From assembly GCA_016872755.1 (NCBI GenBank), contig VGZE01000038.1, positions 1 to 25,591 on the forward strand: a stretch of DNA of 25,591 bases, written 5' to 3'. The DNA comes from Planctomycetota bacterium (GTDB lineage: Bacteria > Planctomycetota > UBA1135 > GCA-002686595). Shown here in pieces: positions 16,426 through 22,648 of the stretch. Position numbers and translations under genes: made by a program. Positions within the stretch are counted from its first letter, which is position 1. The number at the start of each line of letters is the position of its first letter. Below the pieces are notes generated by a model, which was not told the origin of the DNA, made no database searches, and worked only from the letters and a program-made list of their open reading frames with translations.

Positions 16426-17156
16426 GGGCGCTGATTCTCGCCGCCGGCCGTGGCAGCCGGATGGGCGCGGCCACCGAGCACGGCCCCAAGGGCATGCTCG
16501 AAGTGCTGGGCCGACCGCTGCTGGCCTGGCAAATCGACGCGCTGCGCGCGGCGGGCGCGAGCGAGATCGCGATCGTGCGCGGCTACCGCGGCGAAGCCCT
16601 GCGCTTCGACGTGCGCTACTACGACAACCCGCGCTGGGAGAGCACGAACATGGTCGCGTCGCTCGGCTGCGCCGCCGAGTGGCTGCGCGCAGGCCCCTGC
16701 CTGGTTTCGTACGCGGATCTGGTCTATCCGCCCGAGGCGCCGCGCCGACTGGCCGAGACCGCCGCGCCGATCGCGCTCTTGTACGACGCGCACTGGCGGG
16801 AATTGTGGTCGCAGCGCTTCGCCGATCCGCTCGACGACGCGGAAGCGCTGCGCCTGGACGCGCGCGGGCGTGTGCTCGAGATCGGAGGCCGCCCGCGCGA
16901 CTACGCGCGCATCGAGGGACAGTACATGGGCCTGTTCCAGCTCACGCCCGAGGGCGCCGAACGGCTGTTCGCGCGCAGCGCCGAACTCGAGCCGGCCGCG
17001 CGCGACCGGCTCGACATGACGACGCTCTTCGCGCGCTGCGTGCGCGCGGGCGACGAGCTGCACGCCGTGCGCTACGACGGCTGGTGGTGCGAGATCGACC
17101 AGCCCTCCGACCTCGCGCTGGCCGAGCGGATCGCGGCCCAGGGGACGGCCCGTTGA
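16422..17156 (+). CDS. MobA-like nucleotidyltransferase (NTP_transf_3; sugar/phospho-alcohol nucleotidylyltransferase, LicC/CofC-like), 244 aa
   Basis: ATG overlaps the upstream stop (ATGA). N-terminal MRALILAAGRGSRMG...KGMLEVLGRPLLAWQIDAL is the G-x-G-x-R NTP-binding loop of MobA/LicC/GlmU-type nucleotidyltransferases. Confidence 0.75.
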   Translation: MRALILAAGRGSRMGAATEHGPKGMLEVLGRPLLAWQIDALRAAGASEIAIVRGYRGEALRFDVRYYDNPRWESTNMVASLGCAAEWLRAGPCLVSYADLVYPPEAPRRLAETAAPIALLYDAHWRELWSQRFADPLDDAEALRLDARGRVLEIGGRPRDYARIEGQYMGLFQLTPEGAERLFARSAELEPAARDRLDMTTLFARCVRAGDELHAVRYDGWWCEIDQPSDLALAERIAAQGTAR

Positions 17157-18004
17157 GACCCGAGAATCGCTCGCGCCTCGGACCACACGACGTCGTGCTG
17201 GCCGCGCACCCGGGCTCGGGTTCGAGCTGGATCGGCACGCTGCTCGTCGAACTCGGCCTGTTCTACGCATCGGGCCACGAGGAGCGGCTGCTCGACTCGA
17301 GCAGCCAGCGCAGCGAGCCCTGGATCGAGGCGGGAACGGCTCCGGCAGCCGGGCTCGCGCGCCCGCGCCTGGCGCGCGCGGAACGCGCCCGGCACCTGCC
17401 GTCGCTGCACGAGCGCGACGCGCGCCACCCGAGCTTTCGCGAGCCGGTCCGCGTCGTGTTGAGCAACGACAGCGCGCTGGGCTGGAAGTGCGAGCGGCCG
17501 GTCGTGCTGCTGGTGCGCGACGGCCGCGATGCGCTCCTGTCGCTGTACCAGCACCTGGTGGGGTTCAGCGGTCTGCAGGCGTCCTTCGCCGAGTACCTGG
17601 CCGGCGGCGGCGGCGCCTGGCCGCCGCCCGCGCACAGTTGGGCGGTCGCCAACCTGAGCTGGCTCGACGCGACGCCGCGCGAGCGCCTGCTCGTGCTGAC
17701 CTTCGAAAGCTGTCGGGCCGATCCGCTCGCGCGCTTTCGCGAGCTGACCGGGTTCCTCGGCGCGCCGCGCAGCGACGCGGAACTCGAGCGCGCGATCGCG
17801 GCGAGCAGCTACGACGCGATGCGCCAGGCGGAGGAGCGCGCCCTCGGCCCCGAGGCCGCCGCCGCGAACGCTCCGCGCTTCATGCGCCGGGGCCGCATCG
17901 GCGAATGGCGCGAGGTCTACGACGCCGCGTTGCTGACGCGCTTTTCGGGCCTGCCGCGCCGCGCGCTCGAGCGCTTCGGCTACCCGACCGCCGAGATCCC
18001 CTGA
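17153..18004 (+). CDS. PAPS-dependent sulfotransferase, 283 aa
   Basis: TTG start overlaps the upstream stop (TTGA); a GTG about 45 nt downstream is an alternative. 5'-PSB loop HPGSGSSWIGTLL (compare PKSGTTW). 3'-PB motif LVRDGRDALLSLYQH (compare RNPRDVxVSxYHF). C-terminal FESCRADPLARFRELTGFLG (compare YEDLKxDPxxEIxKIxxFLG). Confidence 0.75.
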   Translation: MRPENRSRLGPHDVVLAAHPGSGSSWIGTLLVELGLFYASGHEERLLDSSSQRSEPWIEAGTAPAAGLARPRLARAERARHLPSLHERDARHPSFREPVRVVLSNDSALGWKCERPVVLLVRDGRDALLSLYQHLVGFSGLQASFAEYLAGGGGAWPPPAHSWAVANLSWLDATPRERLLVLTFESCRADPLARFRELTGFLGAPRSDAELERAIAASSYDAMRQAEERALGPEAAAANAPRFMRRGRIGEWREVYDAALLTRFSGLPRRALERFGYPTAEIP

Positions 18005-19941
18005 GTCGCGCCGGCGAACGCCTCGACGACGGTGCAGCGCGGCTCGATCAACGCGAGCTCCTGCACCGATTGCGTGCAGATCCAGGTGTGCAGGAAGGCG
18101 GTCTGCTTCGGCATCAGGAACACCTGTCCGGTGCGGTGATCGACCCGGATCAGGTGATCGCCGGGCGCGAGCAGGTCGGGCTCGAGCGGCGCCCCGATGC
18201 GCAGCGCGTGCACGAGTCGCGGGAAATCGTACGGCGAGCGCAGCTTGAGCTCGCGGTGGCGCAGTTCGACCAGCGTGAGCGCTTCGAGCGGCACGCCCAG
18301 CTCGGTCTTGGTCTGCATGAACAGATAGGGTCGGCAGGCGAGGTCGTACTCGACCGCGGCGCGCAGCAGCGCACCGTGCGGACCCGCAAACCACTCGGGG
18401 CGCGTTGCCACGTACGCGACCAGCAACCGATCGAACTCGGCGCGCTGCGCGTGCATCGCCGCGTCGGCCAGCTCGCCGCGCCACATGTACTTGACCATGT
18501 CCTCGAAGCACTCGAGCTGATTGCGCCAGCGCTCCGCGAAAGGCCCGCTCGCCTGCGTGTCCATCCAGCGCGAGAACTGGTCCACCTCGTCGCGGAAGCG
18601 CGCGATGCCGAGCCGGTCGAGCAGCTGCAGCGTCGCATACAGTCCGCGACAATCGTTCAGCAGGAACAGTGCGATCGCGAAGCGCAATCCGGCGATGTAG
18701 TCAGGGAACGGAACCTCGCGCGTGGAGACGACGATCTCCCCGCCCGTCGCCGGGTCGTCCTCGGGCAGCAGCGTGACGCCGTATTCCTCGGTGTGCTCGC
18801 GATAGCCGGTGTTGTTCAGCCACATCAGCGGGTAGACCAGGAATCCCTGAGCGCCCCTGCGCAGCAGGTCGTCGATGCCGTCCTTGAAGCTGTCGAGCGT
18901 CTCGCCGGGCATCGGCCACAGGAGCTCGACCATCGACGCCCGACGGTGCTCGTTCAGGTGGCGCTGGATGCGCGTGTAGGGTTCGCGCTCGAGTCCCGTG
19001 CGGCGCGCACGTTCCAGCACTTCCTTGCTCATCGACTGCAGCGAGAACATGTGCCGCGAGAGCATGCCGGCGTCGGCGACGAGATTCGAGATCTGCTCTA
19101 CGCGCTCGGGCTTCACCTTCGAGCTGTTGAACAGGATGCGCTTGAGATTGCCGTACTTGCGCGAGACCGCGACGATCTGCTCGGCGATCTCGAGGTCGCG
19201 CGGCAGGATGCCGAAGTTCGCGTCGGTCAGCGACATCACGCGGATGCCGCGCTTGCCGATCCACTCGAGCTCCTCGCGCAGCCGCCCCAGGTCCTGCTGG
19301 TAGATCTTCTGTCCGATGGCGCCGCCCCAGTAGCAGAACTCGCACGCGAATGGGCAGCCCCGATTGGTCTCGAACAGCGCGATCTCGATGTGGCCCACCT
19401 CGTCGAAGACGCCGCTCAGCCACGGCGACGGCAGCTCGGACAGGTCCTGCACGCGCGGCGGCCCCGGCGTCGTGACGAACTGGCCGTCGCGCGCGAAGGT
19501 CAGCCCGCCCACGCGCTGCCAATCGGGCCTCGACTCGCTGAGTTCGAGCAGCACGTCGCGGAACGGCCGCTCGCCCTCCGAGTTGCACACGGCCACGTTC
19601 TCCCAGCCGGTCTGCACGAAACGCGGAGCGACGTTCATCACTTCGACGCCGCCGAGCAGGAAGCGCGTGCGCGGCAGCAACCCGCGCAACGTCGGGAGCA
19701 GCCGCCGCACGATGCCGGCGTTCCACGTGTACACGCTGAACGCGACGAGATCGGGGTTGCGCGCCACCAGATCGCGGATCACGTACGAGGCCTTGACCGT
19801 GTTTTGCTGCCGGTACAGCTCGACGTTCCAGGTCGCGCGCACTTGTGGGTCCGCCATCGCGAACGCCTTCAAGTAGCCGCCGACGAGCGGCGACAGTCGG
19901 GCGAGCCCGTCGAGGTGCACGATGACCGCGTTGCGCTTCAT
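17980..19941 (-). CDS. B12-binding (class B) radical SAM enzyme, paralog 2, 653 aa
   Basis: Start ATG (complement 19939-19941) gives MKRNAVIVHLDG, preceded by GAAGG. B12-binding N-terminus. CxxxCxxC in RGCPFACEFCYWG. Long C-terminal extension. Same architecture as the 5740-7299 gene. The upstream 89 codons of the track ORF were trimmed. Confidence 0.85.
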   Translation of the reverse strand: MKRNAVIVHLDGLARLSPLVGGYLKAFAMADPQVRATWNVELYRQQNTVKASYVIRDLVARNPDLVAFSVYTWNAGIVRRLLPTLRGLLPRTRFLLGGVEVMNVAPRFVQTGWENVAVCNSEGERPFRDVLLELSESRPDWQRVGGLTFARDGQFVTTPGPPRVQDLSELPSPWLSGVFDEVGHIEIALFETNRGCPFACEFCYWGGAIGQKIYQQDLGRLREELEWIGKRGIRVMSLTDANFGILPRDLEIAEQIVAVSRKYGNLKRILFNSSKVKPERVEQISNLVADAGMLSRHMFSLQSMSKEVLERARRTGLEREPYTRIQRHLNEHRRASMVELLWPMPGETLDSFKDGIDDLLRRGAQGFLVYPLMWLNNTGYREHTEEYGVTLLPEDDPATGGEIVVSTREVPFPDYIAGLRFAIALFLLNDCRGLYATLQLLDRLGIARFRDEVDQFSRWMDTQASGPFAERWRNQLECFEDMVKYMWRGELADAAMHAQRAEFDRLLVAYVATRPEWFAGPHGALLRAAVEYDLACRPYLFMQTKTELGVPLEALTLVELRHRELKLRSPYDFPRLVHALRIGAPLEPDLLAPGDHLIRVDHRTGQVFLMPKQTAFLHTWICTQSVQELALIEPRCTVVEAFAGATQGISAVG

Positions 19942-20071
19942 GATCCGGCCTTCAGGTTCCGCGACGCCTCTCGCCGGCAGCGGCGAGCAGCCAGCCGAGC
20001 GGGGCAGCGCGACACTGTCTACTCTACCGCCGAATGCTAGGATCGGCGCGCGGGCTGCAGCCGGCCCGGTC

Positions 20072-20329
20072 ATGGAATCGCCCGAGATCGCCGCTCGCGT
20101 GCGCCAGATCCTGCTCGATGGGGTCTTGCGCGGCAGCAACCCCGCCCTGCTGCAGGACTCGACACCGCTGCTTTCCGGCGGCGTGCTCGACTCGGTGCGC
20201 ATGGTCACGCTGATCTCCGACCTCGAGCGCGCCTTCGGCGTCAGCTTCGAGGCCTTCGAAATGAGCGTCGACTACCTCGACTCGATCGCGATCATCGCGC
20301 GCACGATCCGCGACAAGAAGACGGGGTGA
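20072..20329 (+). CDS. Acyl carrier protein (phosphopantetheine-binding), 85 aa
   Basis: Phosphopantetheine attachment context GGVLDSVRMVTLISDLERAFGV (DSx Ser with a flanking helix II). Size fits an ACP. Directly upstream (4-nt gap) of the acyl-AMP ligase. Divergent from radical SAM paralog 2 across a 130-bp region. Confidence 0.75.
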   Translation: MESPEIAARVRQILLDGVLRGSNPALLQDSTPLLSGGVLDSVRMVTLISDLERAFGVSFEAFEMSVDYLDSIAIIARTIRDKKTG

Positions 20330-20333
20330 TCCG

Positions 20334-22055
20334 TTGGCCGAGACGCTGCAAGGCCGGCTGCGCGCGCGACTCGACGAGGCTCCCGCCGCACGCGCACTGG
20401 CCTGCATCGACGCGCGTGGGGCCGCGATCTGGTGGACGCGCGCAGAGCTGCATGCGGAGGCCGCGCGCTGCGCCGCGCGGATGGGCGAACTGGGACTGCG
20501 CGCGGGCGACGTCGTCGTGCTCGTGTGCGTCGATCCGCGCGAGGCCGCGCTCGGGGCCCTCGGGGCCTGGCGGGCCGGGGCGATCCCGCTGCTGGTCGCG
20601 CCCCCGACGATCCAGGGCCTGAACTCGAGCCTCGCTACGATCCTGCGCCACGCGTTGGCGCGCACCGAGGCGCGCCTGCTGGTGCTGACGCGCGCGGCCG
20701 CGCCGCGTGCCGACGAGCTCGCGGCCGCGCTGCCCGGACTGCGCATCGAGCGCGGCTTCGAAACCCTGCTCGCGCCCGCGCAGCCGGCCATCTCCGTCGA
20801 GCCGGGACTGATCGAACCACGCGACGCCGGCACCGCCGCGGCGCTGCAGCTCAGCTCCGGCACGACGCGCCTGCCGCGCATCGCGCGCTGGAGCCACGCG
20901 CGCCTGCTCTGCGCGCTCGACGGCATGGCGCAGGGAATGAACCTCGCGAGCGACGACGTGTACGCGAATTGGACGCCGCTCTACCACGACATGGGACTGG
21001 TCAACAACCTGCTCACGTGCCTGGTGCGCGGCATCCCGCTCGCGCTCCTGTCTCCGCTAGACGTCGTGCGCAGCCCGTCGCTGTGGTTGCGCGCGCTCGA
21101 ATCGACCGGCGCGACCCAGACCTGGTCGCCGAACTTCGGGTACGCGCTGGCGGCCGAGCGCTGCCGCGACGAGGAGCTCGCGGGCCTCGATCTCTCGCGC
21201 GTGCGCGGTTTCTGGAACGCCGCCGAGCGCGTGCACGTCTCGACCTTCGAGCGCTTCCTGGCGCGCTTCGCGCGCCACGGGGTGCGGCGGGACGCCTGCC
21301 GCACCAACTTCGGCTGCGTCGAGACGATCGGCGGCGCGACCTTCAGCGCGCGCTCGGCCGCGCTCGCCACCGAGCGACTGGACCTCGACGTGCTGCGCGA
21401 GCAGCGCGTCGCGCGCGCCGCTGACCCCACGACGCGGCGCGCGCAGACCTACGTCGGCTGCGGGCGCGTGCACCCGCTGCTCGAGTTGGCGGTCTTCGAT
21501 CCCGCGGGACGCGCGCTGCCCGACGGCCATGTCGGGACGCTCGGGTTCCGTGGCCGGGCGCGCTTCGACGGCTACCTCGGCGACGAGGAGGCCGCGCACA
21601 ACGTGCTGCGCGACGAGTGGGTGCTGCCCGGCGACGAAGGCTACCTGCGCGACGGCGAGCTGTACTGGACCGGGCGGCGCGACGAGCGCATCAACCTGCA
21701 GGGCAAGAAGCTCGATCCGAGCGAGCTCGAGCCGGTGCTGCTGGCCGTCGAGGGCCTGCGCAAGGGCTGTTTCTGCGCCTTCGGCGCCGAGGACGAGACG
21801 CGCGGCACGCAGGTGCTCGTCGTCGCCAGCGAGGTTGAGCCGGAGGCCGAGGCGGACCTGGCCGGGCTCGCGGCGCGCGCGCGCGCGGCGCTGTCGCGCG
21901 AGCTCGGGCTGGCGGTCGAGGAATTGCTGCTCGTGCGCAAGGGCACGCTGGCGAAGACGTCCAGCGGCAAGCGGCGGCATCTCCATTTCCGCGACCTCTT
22001 CGCGCGCGGCGAGCTGGAGGCGCTGCACGTGTCGCGCGCGGGGAGCCTTGGATAG
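20334..22055 (+). CDS. Fatty acyl-AMP ligase (FAAL) / AMP-dependent synthetase-ligase, 573 aa
   Basis: TTG start 4 nt after the ACP stop. AMP-binding motif A3 LQLSSGTTRLPRIA (compare SSGTTGxPKG). A5-like block NWTPLYHDMGL. A8-like PGDEGYLRDGELYWTGRRDERINLQGKKLDPSELE. The N-terminus and ACP pairing are typical of FAAL-type loaders rather than CoA ligases. Confidence 0.8.
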   Translation: MAETLQGRLRARLDEAPAARALACIDARGAAIWWTRAELHAEAARCAARMGELGLRAGDVVVLVCVDPREAALGALGAWRAGAIPLLVAPPTIQGLNSSLATILRHALARTEARLLVLTRAAAPRADELAAALPGLRIERGFETLLAPAQPAISVEPGLIEPRDAGTAAALQLSSGTTRLPRIARWSHARLLCALDGMAQGMNLASDDVYANWTPLYHDMGLVNNLLTCLVRGIPLALLSPLDVVRSPSLWLRALESTGATQTWSPNFGYALAAERCRDEELAGLDLSRVRGFWNAAERVHVSTFERFLARFARHGVRRDACRTNFGCVETIGGATFSARSAALATERLDLDVLREQRVARAADPTTRRAQTYVGCGRVHPLLELAVFDPAGRALPDGHVGTLGFRGRARFDGYLGDEEAAHNVLRDEWVLPGDEGYLRDGELYWTGRRDERINLQGKKLDPSELEPVLLAVEGLRKGCFCAFGAEDETRGTQVLVVASEVEPEAEADLAGLAARARAALSRELGLAVEELLLVRKGTLAKTSSGKRRHLHFRDLFARGELEALHVSRAGSLG

Positions 22056-22099
22056 GGCGGCGGCCCGCGCCAACTGGACGATTCCCGAGCGGAGCACTT

Positions 22100-22648
22100 A
22101 TGCTCCGAGCGAGGAGGATTCCACTGGCCGACTCGAGAGATGCGCATCCCTGGGCTTCACGTCTGGCTGCCGAACACAGCTGGCTGCGCCGCAGGGCTCA
22201 CCGACTGATCGGCCGCGGACTGCGTCGCAGCGCCGATTCGACGGACCTCGCGCACGCGACGCTCGCCAAGGCGCTCGAGAAACCGCCTTCGAGGACGCCG
22301 ACGAATCGCCCCGAGCTGCGCGCCTGGTTGGATCGCGTGCTGTCACGCTTGGCGGCGCGCCTGGGAGGCAAGCCGGGTCCGGAGGCGGTGGCGTCGAGCG
22401 CGCTCGAGCGCCTGCCACGCACGGCGGATGGCGTCAGCGAGCGACGGCGCGAGATCTCGGAGGAACTCCTGAGATCGCTGGACGCGCTGACGCCGCGCCA
22501 GCGGCTCGTGATCCAACTGCGCCTGTGGGAGAAGCTCTCGTTCGCGCAGGTTGCGGTCCGGCTCGGGACGAGCGAGGGCAATGCGCGCGTGCTGTTCCAC
22601 CGGGCGATCGAGGCGCTGCAGCGACTCGAGGGTCGCAATGGGCGCTGA
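22100..22648 (+). CDS. ECF-type RNA polymerase sigma factor (sigma-70 family group 4), 182 aa
   Basis: GGAG 5-6 nt upstream of the ATG. Region 2-like ADSTDLAHATLAKALEK and ELRAWLDRVLSRLAARLG. Region 4 HTH LTPRQRLVIQLRLWEKLSFAQVAVRLGTSEGNARVLFHRAIEALQRL. Confidence 0.65.
   Translation: MLRARRIPLADSRDAHPWASRLAAEHSWLRRRAHRLIGRGLRRSADSTDLAHATLAKALEKPPSRTPTNRPELRAWLDRVLSRLAARLGGKPGPEAVASSALERLPRTADGVSERRREISEELLRSLDALTPRQRLVIQLRLWEKLSFAQVAVRLGTSEGNARVLFHRAIEALQRLEGRNGR

Noticed and set aside
17488-20040. 850-aa + strand ORF
   Set aside because: Antisense shadow of radical SAM paralog 2, which has the CxxxCxxC and B12-binding signatures.
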